Below, piece after piece: positions 1 to 9,703 of a stretch of DNA of 64,000 bases. Where the stretch lies: the NCBI GenBank assembly GCA_963804955.1, contig CAWDSQ010000007.1, forward strand, positions 96,001-160,000, read 5' to 3'. A program made the position numbers and the translations under genes. Source of the DNA: an uncultured delta proteobacterium. Its GTDB lineage: Bacteria; Desulfobacterota; WTBG01; CAIYCZ01; CAIRTM01. Within the stretch, counting starts at the first letter, position 1, and each line of letters starts with the position of its first letter. A model generated the notes under the pieces. That model did no database searches. It was not told where the DNA came from and worked only from the letters and a program-made list of their open reading frames with translations.

Positions 1-11
1 ACGCCAGCTAC

Positions 12-995
12 TCAGCCGATCATCTTCTTTACCTGCGCGACCAGTTTGTCGGCATCGGGCAGGTAGTGCTTCTCAAGCTTGGGCTGAAAAGCGACATGCG
101 TGAAGGGAGCCGCAACGCGGGCAACAGGTGCATCAAGCCAGTCAAACAGATTCTCCTGCAGGTCAGCGGCAATTTCTGCGCCCACGCCCATGATCTTTTT
201 GGCCTCGTGAATGACCACACAGCGGTTGGTCTTCTTTACCGATGCATAAATCGTATCCATATCGATGGGGTTCACGCACAGAAGGTCGATGACTTCCGCT
301 TCGATGCCGTCTGCCTTCAGCTTGTCTGCCGCCTTGGTGGCTTCAAGCAGCATGCGGCCGATGCTCACGATGGTGACGTCCTTGCCCTCGCGGGTGATCA
401 TGGCCTTGCCGATGGGGCAGATATAATCGTCAACAGGGATTTCCATTTTGAGCTTGTAGGATGACAGGGGCTCGACATAGAGGACGGGGTTGTCATCGCG
501 AATGGCGGCCTTCATAAGGCCCTTTGCCGTATAGGAATTGCTGGGCATGACGACTCTCATGCCGGGCATGCTTGCAAACCATGCTTCAAGGGATGATGAG
601 TGATGCGGCCCTGCGCCGAAGCCGCCTGCGGTCATCGCGCGCACGACCATGGGAACCTTCACCTGGCCGCCGAACATCCAGCGCATCTTGGATGCCTGGT
701 TGTAGAACTCTTCAACCGCCAAGGTGATGAAGTTCATAAACATGATTTCAGCAACCGGCCGAAGCCCCGATGCTGCAGCGCCGACGCACAGGCCGACGAT
801 CGCGCCTTCGCTGATGGGGGTGTCGACGCAGCGGCCTGCGCCGAACTGGTCGATAAGGCCGCGGGTGACGCCGAAGGGTCCGCCGGGCTTGCCGACGTCT
901 TCACCGACGATGAAGACGCTGGGGTCTCTTTCCATTTCCTCTTTGATTGCTTCGTTAATTGCCCACTGAACATTCAGGGATTTTGTACCAGCCAT
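12..995 (-). CDS. acoB: 2-oxoacid/acetoin dehydrogenase E1 beta subunit
   Basis: Motifs [26 protein letters not shown] and EVIDL. Start placed at MAGTKS after a GGAGG RBS. Confidence 0.9.
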   Translation of the reverse strand: MAGTKSLNVQWAINEAIKEEMERDPSVFIVGEDVGKPGGPFGVTRGLIDQFGAGRCVDTPISEGAIVGLCVGAAASGLRPVAEIMFMNFITLAVEEFYNQASKMRWMFGGQVKVPMVVRAMTAGGFGAGPHHSSSLEAWFASMPGMRVVMPSNSYTAKGLMKAAIRDDNPVLYVEPLSSYKLKMEIPVDDYICPIGKAMITREGKDVTIVSIGRMLLEATKAADKLKADGIEAEVIDLLCVNPIDMDTIYASVKKTNRCVVIHEAKKIMGVGAEIAADLQENLFDWLDAPVARVAAPFTHVAFQPKLEKHYLPDADKLVAQVKKMIG

Positions 996-1043
996 GTATC
1001 TATCCTCCACTTAAGAAATTTTTAACTCATTAAAGCCTGCAAA

Positions 1044-2003
1044 TCAGGCAAGAATATCGACATACAGCTCTTCGATATCGGGCTGCGGGCTCTTGCGGGC
1101 GAAATCAACAGACTCATCAACCTCTTTTTTGATTTCGTCGCGAATCTTCTGAATGCCCTTCTCGTCAACCACGCCCTCTTTGGCAAGCTTCTTCTCATAG
1201 AGCATGATCGGATCCTTCTTCTTCCATTCCTCAAGCTCGCCTGCCGGGCGATAGTTGCAGGGATCGCCTTCGAAGTGGCCGTGATGGCGGTAGGTCTTGA
1301 ACTCAAGCATATAGGGGCCCTTGCCTTCGCGGGCATGCTTGACAGCCTTGGCCATTGCTTCATACACGGCCTCGACATCATTGCCGTCTGCAATAAGGGA
1401 GGGCATGCCGTAGCCGGCTGCGCGGTCAGATACGTTTTCGATTGCCACGTGATCGCTTTTAGGCGTCATCTGGGCATACAGGTTGATGCTGCACACGAAA
1501 ATGAGGGGCAGCTTCAGGATGGCGGCCATGTTCATGGACTCATGAAACGAGCCCGTGCCGGTTGCGCCTTCGCCGAAATACACGGCGGTGCAATTGTCTG
1601 TCTTGTTGTACTTCTGGGCAAATGCGGTCCCGAGAGCGATGCGCATGCCCTCGCCCACGATGCCGTTTGAGCCCATGCAGCCGGTCTTCACATCGGCAAA
1701 GTGCATGGATCCTGCGCGGCCCTTGCAGCAGCCGGCGATGCGGCCGAACAGCTCGGCCATCATGGGCTTCAGGTCAGCGCCCTTGGCGATGATGCAGCCG
1801 TGTCCGCGGTGCGTGGTATAAATGGCGTCTTCAAGGCGCAGATTTGCGCAGGTGCCCACCGCCACGGCATCTTCTCCCTGCGACAGATGCAGGAAGCCCG
1901 GCATCTCACCGCCGGAGAATATCTTGGTGGTGTCATCCTCAAAGGTCCTGACCCGGATCATGCGTTTCAGCAGATCAATTTTTGTGTCCTTGCTAATTTT
2001 CAT
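1044..2003 (-). CDS. acoA: TPP-dependent acetoin/2-oxoacid dehydrogenase E1 alpha subunit
   Basis: THRGHG, GSMH, the TPP motif FGEGA...N and the YRHHGHFEGD loop. Adjacent to E1 beta. Confidence 0.9.
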   Translation of the reverse strand: MKISKDTKIDLLKRMIRVRTFEDDTTKIFSGGEMPGFLHLSQGEDAVAVGTCANLRLEDAIYTTHRGHGCIIAKGADLKPMMAELFGRIAGCCKGRAGSMHFADVKTGCMGSNGIVGEGMRIALGTAFAQKYNKTDNCTAVYFGEGATGTGSFHESMNMAAILKLPLIFVCSINLYAQMTPKSDHVAIENVSDRAAGYGMPSLIADGNDVEAVYEAMAKAVKHAREGKGPYMLEFKTYRHHGHFEGDPCNYRPAGELEEWKKKDPIMLYEKKLAKEGVVDEKGIQKIRDEIKKEVDESVDFARKSPQPDIEELYVDILA

Positions 2004-2209
2004 TGAACATCCTCCGAATACGTTTTAGTTTTAAACAAACAACTGCCCTGTGTACGTATGTGAAAACCGGAACATGCCGCTCCGGTTTTGCGTGCAATTT
2101 ACAAAATACGTGAAAGGCTGCGCGCCGATCGCTTAACGCTGATTCAATCTGATTCAAGGATGTATCGCGGCCTTCACTGAAAGCCGCGATACATGAACTG
2201 CCTGTCTTG

Positions 2210-2653
2210 TTACGGACAGATGATTTCGGCTGTGCCCATGACACAGTCGCCGCCGTCTTTATTTTGAATCTTCATGTCGCAGACAAGAATGTTCTTGCCG
2301 CCATCGGTCTTTTTCTCCTTCACCACGAGATTGCTCAGGATGGTGAAGCCCGGCTTTACCGGAGCGCGGAACTGCAGGTCGACTCTGGTGCCTGCGGCAG
2401 GCCACTGCAGGCCCTGAATATCGCAGATGGCCTGCAGCACGGGCTCGACATTAATGGTGCCGTGGGCGATGGTTGAGCCGCCGAACATGGTATTTGATTT
2501 CATGCCTTCCACGTCAACGTGGAGGGGGTTATAGTCGCCGCAGATGTCGGCATAGTCGTTAATCAGCTGCTGGGAAACGGCAATGCTCTTTGAAGGGAGC
2601 GCGTCTCCGACGTTTACGCTGGCGAAATTTATTTTGCTCATGGTGTCCTCCAT
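2210..2653 (-). CDS. MaoC-family (R)-specific enoyl-CoA hydratase
   Basis: Hydratase motif GDYNPLH plus IAHG and FRAPVKPG. Confidence 0.85.
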   Translation of the reverse strand: MEDTMSKINFASVNVGDALPSKSIAVSQQLINDYADICGDYNPLHVDVEGMKSNTMFGGSTIAHGTINVEPVLQAICDIQGLQWPAAGTRVDLQFRAPVKPGFTILSNLVVKEKKTDGGKNILVCDMKIQNKDGGDCVMGTAEIICP

Positions 2654-2671
2654 GTATCTGAAAAAAGGTTT

Positions 2672-3148
2672 TTATTGCATCGTCTTGGGCAGCAGGAAGC
2701 TCATCTGAATATCGACAATCTTGTCGCCTGCCTGGTTGGTGGCGTTCATGTCAACAGAGAGAAACTTGCTGATGCGCACCTGGCCGTCTTTTTCCTTTTT
2801 TACTTCCTTTTTGTCAGCAATGGAGAGCTTGGTGGTGATGGTGTCGCCGATTTTAGCGGGCTTATGGAACAGAATCTTGTCGCCCGCGCGCACAGCGCCG
2901 TCAAGAAAAACCTTGCGGTCCCAGCAGATGCGCAGGCCGAAAATATAAATCATGCCGACCGGAACGGTCACATCACCCTTGTTGCTGTCGCCCATGAGAG
3001 CCGCGAACTTGGCGACTTCATCGGCCGTGATTTTATAGGTTCCGCCGCCGCAGTCAAAGCCCGCTTCCATTTCGGCGAACTTCAAATCGGGCAGCATCTT
3101 TGCGGGACCAAATCCGCTCACTAAGCTTGTATTGAACTTATGTTCCAT
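2672..3148 (-). CDS. MaoC-like hotdog-fold protein, probably a non-catalytic partner
   Basis: ITADEVAKFAALMGDSN and FHKPAKIGDTI. Lacks the catalytic His. Directly upstream of the MaoC gene. Confidence 0.7.
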   Translation of the reverse strand: MEHKFNTSLVSGFGPAKMLPDLKFAEMEAGFDCGGGTYKITADEVAKFAALMGDSNKGDVTVPVGMIYIFGLRICWDRKVFLDGAVRAGDKILFHKPAKIGDTITTKLSIADKKEVKKEKDGQVRISKFLSVDMNATNQAGDKIVDIQMSFLLPKTMQ

Positions 3149-3283
3149 GGAATGCCTCCCTCATACTCAACAATTTATAGTAGTTAGACCATCCGCCTTT
3201 TAGTGTGCTAGCAGCATCTGTGCGGGATCTGGCGGGGAAAACTGCATGCCGTCGGCAGCATAAAAGGCTGTGCGGGATCAAGC

Positions 3284-3321
3284 AAAAACCGGTCTCCCGC
3301 AAAAAGCGGGAGACCGGTTTG
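3284..3321 (-). terminator. GC-rich hairpin/terminator downstream of the acyl-CoA dehydrogenase
   Basis: aaaccggtctcccgc-aaaaa-gcgggagaccggttt inverted repeat, followed by T residues on the minus strand. Confidence 0.7.
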
Positions 3322-3326
3322 CGACA

Positions 3327-4571
3327 TTAATAGGACTTGTTCTGTCCCAGCATGACCTGACCGATATAGTTTCTCGACATCTCGTTGGTGATCGGCGCGA
3401 ACACCAGCTGGCGGATATCTCTGTAGTAGCGCTGAATATGATATTCCATGGTGAAGCCGTAGCCGGCAAGAATTCTCATGGCGCGGTCGGTGCAGCGGAA
3501 TGCCGCATCGGAGGTGTACATCTTGGCCATGCTGGCGATAACGCCGAGAGCCGGATCCTTAGGAGCGTTTGCCTGCATCCAGGCCGCCTTGTAGGTGATA
3601 AGGCGCGACAGCTCGATTTCGGTTGCCATGTCGGCAAGCTGATGCTGAATTGCCTGATACTGGCCGATGGGCTTGCCGAAAGCCTCGCGCTCGCGGGCAT
3701 ACTGGTTGGCCTCTTCAAGGCAGCCCTGCGCAAGACCTACGCAGATGGCGGCGCACACGATGCGCTCATTGTTCAGCGTTGCAAGCAGGTTGTACCAGCC
3801 TGCGCCCCGCTCCCCGAGCATCGTGGCCTTGGGGATCTTGACGTCTTCAAAGGATACTTCGAAGGATGCCAGAATGTGGCTGCCGAGCTTCTTGATCTTG
3901 TTGTAGGTCATGCCCGGCATGAAATGCTGCTTCAGCAGGGGGCCGTCGGTATCGTGCTTGCCGATATTATCGCGGTCAAGCAGGAAAATCGTGAGGCCTT
4001 TAGCCGGCTTGCCGGGGACATCGTCGGTGCGGGCGATGAACACGTCGGTATTGGCTACATGCAGGCCCGTGGTGAAAATCTTGGAGCCGTTGGCGACGAA
4101 GTTACCGTCGGGCTGCTCCACGGCGCGGGACTTCAAAGCGCCAAGGATGTCCGTGCCGCCGCCCGGTTCGGTCAGCGACAGGGCGAAATTCCAGTCGCCT
4201 GCGATCAGCTTCGGCAGGTAAAACTCCTTCTGAGCCTGCGTGCCGTAGTGCAGGATCGACATGCCGCCGAAGCACACGCCCGTCAGATAGGCAAGGCCCA
4301 TGGCGGAAAAACTGTTTGAAATCTCTTCGGTGATCAGGGTTTCGTCGATGATGTTGCCGCCGGTTCCGCCGAATTCCTCGGGGAAACAGGCGCCCAGGAT
4401 ACCTTCATCGCCCAGCTTTTTCCATACATCAACCGGGAAATGATTCTCCTCATCCCATTCGCCAATCTTGTCCTTGGGGCATTCTTTCTCTTTGAACTTC
4501 TTCAGCATGTCGAGCATCATTTTACGCTCTTCGCTGAGCCCAAATTCTGTCGGGATCATTAAATCTGCCAT
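3327..4571 (-). CDS. Acyl-CoA dehydrogenase
   Basis: LTEPGGGTD, NGSKIFTT, REAFGKPIGQYQAIQHQLADM and GYGFTMEY. RBS AAGGAG precedes MADL. Confidence 0.95.
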   Translation of the reverse strand: MADLMIPTEFGLSEERKMMLDMLKKFKEKECPKDKIGEWDEENHFPVDVWKKLGDEGILGACFPEEFGGTGGNIIDETLITEEISNSFSAMGLAYLTGVCFGGMSILHYGTQAQKEFYLPKLIAGDWNFALSLTEPGGGTDILGALKSRAVEQPDGNFVANGSKIFTTGLHVANTDVFIARTDDVPGKPAKGLTIFLLDRDNIGKHDTDGPLLKQHFMPGMTYNKIKKLGSHILASFEVSFEDVKIPKATMLGERGAGWYNLLATLNNERIVCAAICVGLAQGCLEEANQYAREREAFGKPIGQYQAIQHQLADMATEIELSRLITYKAAWMQANAPKDPALGVIASMAKMYTSDAAFRCTDRAMRILAGYGFTMEYHIQRYYRDIRQLVFAPITNEMSRNYIGQVMLGQNKSY

Positions 4572-4636
4572 AGGATCTCCTTTCATACACTGTTACAAGT
4601 TGGTTAAAGAATTTATACCCAGCTCAGTATAGAACT

Positions 4637-4652
4637 GGCACAAGCCATGCCA
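4637..4652 (-). promoter_or_regulatory. Sigma-54 (-24/-12) promoter candidate
   Basis: Minus strand TGGCATGGCTTGTGC (GG-N10-GC) about 65 nt upstream of the acyl-CoA dehydrogenase. A TGACA-N3-TGTCA palindrome near 4785-4797 could be the activator site. Confidence 0.6.
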
Positions 4653-4829
4653 AAACAATAAATAAAAAAACAATATATTAAAAAGCAATTTCAATGAGTT
4701 AGAAAACCCTTTTTACCGTCTCTGCAAGCAGTTTCATACGCACTGCCAAATCTGACAAAAACCAAAACTTAAAAGACCGGATACTGACAGATTGTCAAAC
4801 CAAAAAATAATTTTTACCAAATATTACCA

Positions 4830-4873
4830 CGATATAAAGTTTGATTTATATCGCCCATACTATGCTTTGTCAA
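4830..4873 (-). promoter_or_regulatory. Sigma-70 promoter with overlapping operator palindrome
   Basis: Minus strand TTGACA-N17-TATAAA. The perfect inverted repeat CGATATAAA-N6-TTTATATCG (4830-4853) overlaps the -10. Confidence 0.65.
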
Positions 4874-4970
4874 GGAATTTAACCAAAGGGGAAGACAGAG
4901 GAACTTTTTGGGTGCAAAAACAAAAAAACAAGTAAAAACAGATAATTACACAGCAAGCCACGCACACTGG

Positions 4971-5294
4971 CTAGCCTTTATCGACCATTCCACGGAGCCA
5001 GTCCAAATAGTTGGCAGAGCCCTCGGCAATGGGCACGAAAACAAGCTGCGGAACCTTATAGCTGTGCAACCGCTGTACGGCTTCCACAAGCAGGGGGAAA
5101 ACATCTCTTGTTGTTTTTGCCATGAAGAATATCTCATCTTCGCGGCAGACTTTATCTTCCCACCAGTAAATTGATTGAATGGGGGCAATGATCTGGGCGC
5201 AGGCAGCCAGTCGTTCTTCAACAAGAAAGTTTGCGATCTTCTCAGCCTCTTGCCTCGAGGCGGCCGTCATAAGAACAACGCCGCAGTCGGTCAT
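4971..5294 (-). CDS. cutA: Divalent-cation tolerance protein CutA
   Basis: LVEERLAACAQ, SIYWWEDK and LHSYKVP. Confidence 0.92.
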   Translation of the reverse strand: MTDCGVVLMTAASRQEAEKIANFLVEERLAACAQIIAPIQSIYWWEDKVCREDEIFFMAKTTRDVFPLLVEAVQRLHSYKVPQLVFVPIAEGSANYLDWLRGMVDKG

Positions 5295-5307
5295 GCACGT
5301 GCGCTTT

Positions 5308-6027
5308 CTACTTGGACGTGATAAAGGCTGAAATGCCTTCCTTTTTCTCAAGCTCTGCTGCCATTTTCTGAGCATCTTCCAGGCTTCTGTATTTGCCGAT
5401 ACGCACCCGGTAGACCACGCCTTTGTCGGGGACCGTAATCTTTACAATATGGGACTCATACCCCTTGGCTGCAAGGGAGCTTGAAAATGCCGTTGCCACC
5501 TCATTATTTTGGAATGATCCGAGTTGCAGCGTATAGGTAAGAGTCTCGGACACCGAACCGTCCGGGGCAGACTGCTGCGCTGCGGCAGTCACCGCAGCTT
5601 TTATTTCAGCTACGCGCTGGGCGGCAGAAGGCGCAGTGGCTGGCCGTACCATGCCGACGGTCTTATTGTCGGCCGGCGCCCCCGGCTGTTTTGCACCGCC
5701 AGCGGATACGGCGGCCGGGGATAGAGCTGCTCCCGGCTTTTTTTCAGCTTCAGACTGAGGCATTACATCCGGCTTTTTATTCAAGAGCGTTTCAAAAAAG
5801 CTCATGTACAGAGAAGATGATGTATCATTCTGCCGGCTGCCGGCAAGCGGCATGCCGTGATCGGCATAGGGCTGCAGCTTCGGATCTGCAGGCGGAGCTG
5901 TTTTTTTAGATGCAAACACATCAACAAGATACCCTGCGGCAAAAAAAAGCCCGATGGTTATGGCAACCCCGATGGCGATTTTTATGGCCTGTGTTATACA
6001 GCTAAAAATAAAACGGACTATTCCCAT
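5308..6027 (-). CDS. SPOR-domain cell division protein (FtsN-like)
   Basis: N-terminal TM, low-complexity linker, then YTLQLGSF...YRVRIGKY. Typical position downstream of argS. Confidence 0.88.
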   Translation of the reverse strand: MGIVRFIFSCITQAIKIAIGVAITIGLFFAAGYLVDVFASKKTAPPADPKLQPYADHGMPLAGSRQNDTSSSLYMSFFETLLNKKPDVMPQSEAEKKPGAALSPAAVSAGGAKQPGAPADNKTVGMVRPATAPSAAQRVAEIKAAVTAAAQQSAPDGSVSETLTYTLQLGSFQNNEVATAFSSSLAAKGYESHIVKITVPDKGVVYRVRIGKYRSLEDAQKMAAELEKKEGISAFITSK

Positions 6028-6062
6028 GTTACCCGATTGCGAACAATAAACTTTTTTGTCGT

Positions 6063-6192
6063 TTCTGACTTCCGACTTCCGGCTACTGACTCCTGACTTC
6101 TGGATTCCGTCTTCCGTCTTTCCTACCGCCTACAGTCTAAAAGCCTACAGCCTTTATCTTTATAATTTCTCCGACTTCTGGCTTCCGACAAC
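6063..6192. repeat. Degenerate 7-mer tandem repeats
   Basis: tctgact/tccgact/tccggct/actgact/cctgact/tctggat/tccgtct units and cctacag-type units between argS and the SPOR gene. Confidence 0.75.
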
Positions 6193-7857
6193 TCACATTT
6201 TCTCCGGCGCTGTCACGCCAAGCAGCGCAAGGCCGTTTTCAAGCACGGTCTTTATTCCGCTCATGAGATTCAAGCGAGCGGAGCTCAGGGCCTGATTATC
6301 GGTAACCACGCGGTGCTTTGCATAGTAGCTGTGGAACTGACCCACAAGCTCCATGAGATAGGCTGAAACCCTGTGCGGCTCGGCCGCAAGCGCGCTGCCG
6401 GCAACAAGCTCAGGGAACTGCGCAAGCTTCTTTATGATCTCGCGCTCCTCGTCCTCAATAAGCAACCCTGCATTGATATCGGCGAATTTTCCAAGCGGCA
6501 CGCCTTTTTCAACTGCTTTTGAAATCATGCTGCAGATGCGGGCATGGGCATACTGGACATAATACACCGGGTTTTCATCGCTCTGCTTTTTGGCCACTTC
6601 AAGGTCGAAGTCAAGCTGTGCATCGGACCTGCGCGTCAGGAACATAAACCGGGCGGCATCGCTGCCCACTTCTTCGATCACTTCCCGCAGGGTGACAAAC
6701 TCGCCGCTTCTGGTCGACATGGCCACCGGCTGGCCGTCACGCAGCAGATTTACCATCTGCACGAGAATTACGCCCAGGGCGTCCTGGGGCAGGCCCATGG
6801 CCTTCAAAATCGCGGCAAGGCGGGGCACATAGCCGTGATGATCAGCGCCCCAGATATCGATCACCCGCTGAAACCCGCGCTGAAATTTATTTTTATGATA
6901 GGCGATGTCTGAAGCAAAATAGGTGGTGCGGCCGTCGGCCCGCACCATAACTCGGTCCTTTTCATCGCCGAAGTCCGTGGCCTTGAACCACAGCGCGCCT
7001 TCTGATTCATAGGCAAGTCCTTTTGCCTTCATCTGCTCAAGGGTGTTCGGCACATCGCCGGAGTCAAAAAGTGTTTTTTCGGAAAACCAGGAATCGAATG
7101 TGACGCCGAACAGCTCCAGATCATCCTCAATGCCCTGCAAAATGGCCGAGGAGGCAAACTGCGTGCATAGCCCGATGGCTTCATTTTCGGGCATTTGCAA
7201 AACCTTATCGGCCTGCCGCAAAATCAGGTCGCGGGCTATGTCAAACAGGTACTCGCCCTTATACAGCCCCTCTTCGGGGAACTCGACCTCTTTTTTTAAA
7301 AGCTGCTGGTAGCGCAGATACAGCGATAGCCCGAGATTCTGCATCTGATTGCCGATATCATTTATATAATACTCGCGCACCACGTCAAAGCCGGCAAATG
7401 CCATGACACGGGCAAGGGCATCACCCAGAGCCGCGCCCCGGCCGTGGCCGATATGCAGCGGCCCCGTGGGATTGGCGCTGACAAATTCCACCATAACCTT
7501 TTTGCCGCAGCCGACCTCGCAGGAGCCAAAGCGCGGCCCCTTTGCTTCAATCTCACCCAAAACCGAGTGCCAGGCATCCTGCTTAAGATAAAAATTAATA
7601 AAGCCGGGCCCGGCAATTTCAAGCTTCTCAATCACGGGATCGCTGCCCTGAAGTTTTTCAACAAGCAGCTGCGCTATCTGGCGGGGCTGCTTCTTCTCGC
7701 TTTTGGCGAGCATCATGGCAACATTAACGGCCAGATCACCATGCTCGCGGCTCCGTGGCGACTCAACGACAAAATCGGGCAGTTCGCCGGCAAACATGCC
7801 TTCGCTGCGGCATGCCTCAAACACCTGTGCAATGATTGTTCTGATCCGTTCTTTCAT
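6193..7857 (-). CDS. argS: Arginine--tRNA ligase
   Basis: EFVSANPTGPLHIGHGR, WGADHHGY, MSTRSG and NPVYYVQYAHARICS. Confidence 0.98.
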   Translation of the reverse strand: MKERIRTIIAQVFEACRSEGMFAGELPDFVVESPRSREHGDLAVNVAMMLAKSEKKQPRQIAQLLVEKLQGSDPVIEKLEIAGPGFINFYLKQDAWHSVLGEIEAKGPRFGSCEVGCGKKVMVEFVSANPTGPLHIGHGRGAALGDALARVMAFAGFDVVREYYINDIGNQMQNLGLSLYLRYQQLLKKEVEFPEEGLYKGEYLFDIARDLILRQADKVLQMPENEAIGLCTQFASSAILQGIEDDLELFGVTFDSWFSEKTLFDSGDVPNTLEQMKAKGLAYESEGALWFKATDFGDEKDRVMVRADGRTTYFASDIAYHKNKFQRGFQRVIDIWGADHHGYVPRLAAILKAMGLPQDALGVILVQMVNLLRDGQPVAMSTRSGEFVTLREVIEEVGSDAARFMFLTRRSDAQLDFDLEVAKKQSDENPVYYVQYAHARICSMISKAVEKGVPLGKFADINAGLLIEDEEREIIKKLAQFPELVAGSALAAEPHRVSAYLMELVGQFHSYYAKHRVVTDNQALSSARLNLMSGIKTVLENGLALLGVTAPEKM

Positions 7858-8156
7858 GATATTCAAAAATATAAAAGCATTAATACTTATTTGAAAAGCC
7901 CAAAATAATCCGTAATGTTTTATCCGCTTCATGCTGTTTAGTCAAGTCAAATGGTTGCGGCGGCCTGCGGCAGGAAAGCAGATGAAGGCCAAACAGACCT
8001 TTATCAGTATGCACCCATGGGCCGTACACTCCTGCCGTCAAGAGCTCGCAATCTTCGTAAGCAAAGAGGATTCAACAAACAATTTTTAGTAACACATCGT
8101 AACAGGCATTGGCTTTTCAAAAAACAATTAAGTATAATACATGCGCGAGGTGAACA

Positions 8157-8660
8157 GTGAGGCACAGTCAGCAAAAAATCGAAGAAATAAAACGCCATAA
8201 AAACAAACCCGAGCAGCGCTTCCTGTGCGACCTTGCCCTGCGCGAGCAGGACCATATCGTTCTGGTCTATCATGCTTCATCTGCAGGCCGCATCGCCGAC
8301 ATCGACATCGCCCCCGGCTCCACAACCATTGCCCACTACTGGCAGGCAGGCGGTTATGTTCTCTGGCGCATGTTTGCAGCCGACCAAACGCTTGTCGGAA
8401 CGCTCTTTCATATCTGCGCTAATACTGATATACAGGAAACTAGCGTCAGCTATGATGATCTGATTTTAGATGTCTGGATTACCACGCAAGGGGTTGCGCG
8501 CGTGCTTGATGAGGATGAATTGGCCGATGCAATCAAGGCAGGGGTGGTCACAAATAACGAGCAGAGTTGTATTGAAAGACAGAGACAGATTATTCTTTCT
8601 GACTACGCTGCCATAATAGATCGAATACGGGATATTGAATCAGCTATTTTAAACCGGTAG
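8157..8660 (+). CDS. DUF402-domain protein
   Basis: YDDLILDVWI...VLDEDEL motif. Confidence 0.7.
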   Translation: MRHSQQKIEEIKRHKNKPEQRFLCDLALREQDHIVLVYHASSAGRIADIDIAPGSTTIAHYWQAGGYVLWRMFAADQTLVGTLFHICANTDIQETSVSYDDLILDVWITTQGVARVLDEDELADAIKAGVVTNNEQSCIERQRQIILSDYAAIIDRIRDIESAILNR

Positions 8661-8729
8661 GGTGGATTTGCCAAGCACGTCCACAGTGTTTTCAAAATTT
8701 CGTGGACACACTTCGTTATTTTACCTACG
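8657..8729. repeat. GTAG-type REP-like palindrome
   Basis: gtagggtgg...gtccac...gtggac...cctac arrangement. Confidence 0.5.
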
Positions 8730-8769
8730 ACAACCATGAACATTATTTCCCTTAGAAAGGACTGCTGCC

Positions 8770-9588
8770 ATGACTGGCGATACGCTGGGCGGCTCTACAG
8801 AATTTGAAGTCGTAAAAATCAGGGACGGTTCTGCCGAAACTTTCACGCAGGCCGTGGCGACCGAGGTGCCGTGCACAATCGTCATCAACGGCAAAGAGGC
8901 TGTTACCACCCTGATGACGCCCACTCACTTTAAGGAATTTGCCGTGGGGCATCTTTTTACCGCAGGCATTATCACGCGGGCCGAAGACATAGTCAGCTGC
9001 AGCTGCGACGAGATCAGGTGGCGCCTTGATGTGGAGACGCGGCGCGAGGTTGATCTTGATCTTTTAGGCAAGCGGGTCTACACCAGCGGCTGCGGCAAAG
9101 GGGTCATGTATGCCAATGTCATCGAGCTTTCGTCGCGCCACCCGCTGCCTTCAGGGTTCACGGTGCAGGCAGGCCATCTGAAAGCGGCCATACAGTGGCT
9201 CCTGTCAAGCTCGACACTTTTCCAGGCGACCCGCGGCGTGCACTCCGTGGCGCTGGGCCTGGGTGGCGCGCTGCCTGACATGCTTATCGACGATATCGGC
9301 CGCCACAATGCCGTAGACAAAATTATCGGGTACGGCCTGCTGCACGGCCTTGATTTTTCGCGCAGCATACTGCTCAGCACCGGCAGGACCTCCTCGGAGA
9401 TACTGCACAAGGCAAAGCGGGCGGAGATACCCATAGTGCTCTCACGCGGAGCGCCGACACACCAGACAATTCTTCTCTCGCGAGACATGGGCGTTACGGT
9501 AGCCGGCTTCAAACGGTCGGGAGACATTGTCGTCTACTCAAACTGGCAGCGTGTGCTTACCGATAGCGGCATCCCTTCAATGGAATGA
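8770..9588 (+). CDS. fdhD: Formate dehydrogenase accessory sulfurtransferase FdhD
   Basis: TSGCG, TRGVHS, DIGRHNAVDKIIG and STGRTSSE. Confidence 0.93.
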   Translation: MTGDTLGGSTEFEVVKIRDGSAETFTQAVATEVPCTIVINGKEAVTTLMTPTHFKEFAVGHLFTAGIITRAEDIVSCSCDEIRWRLDVETRREVDLDLLGKRVYTSGCGKGVMYANVIELSSRHPLPSGFTVQAGHLKAAIQWLLSSSTLFQATRGVHSVALGLGGALPDMLIDDIGRHNAVDKIIGYGLLHGLDFSRSILLSTGRTSSEILHKAKRAEIPIVLSRGAPTHQTILLSRDMGVTVAGFKRSGDIVVYSNWQRVLTDSGIPSME

Positions 9589-9703
9589 ATAAAAAATTTT
9601 TGGGTCGGTTCGCTAATTGCCCTGGGGTAAAACGTATACCAACTGATTAGATGGTGCGCGATGCGCACCCTTTCTTTCAAACCCGCAATTCGAGAGGAGC
9701 TTT

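Noticed and set aside
6063..6192. CRISPR array (here and at the other repeat tracts)
   Set aside because: Units are 7-9 nt with no spacers, and no cas genes are present.
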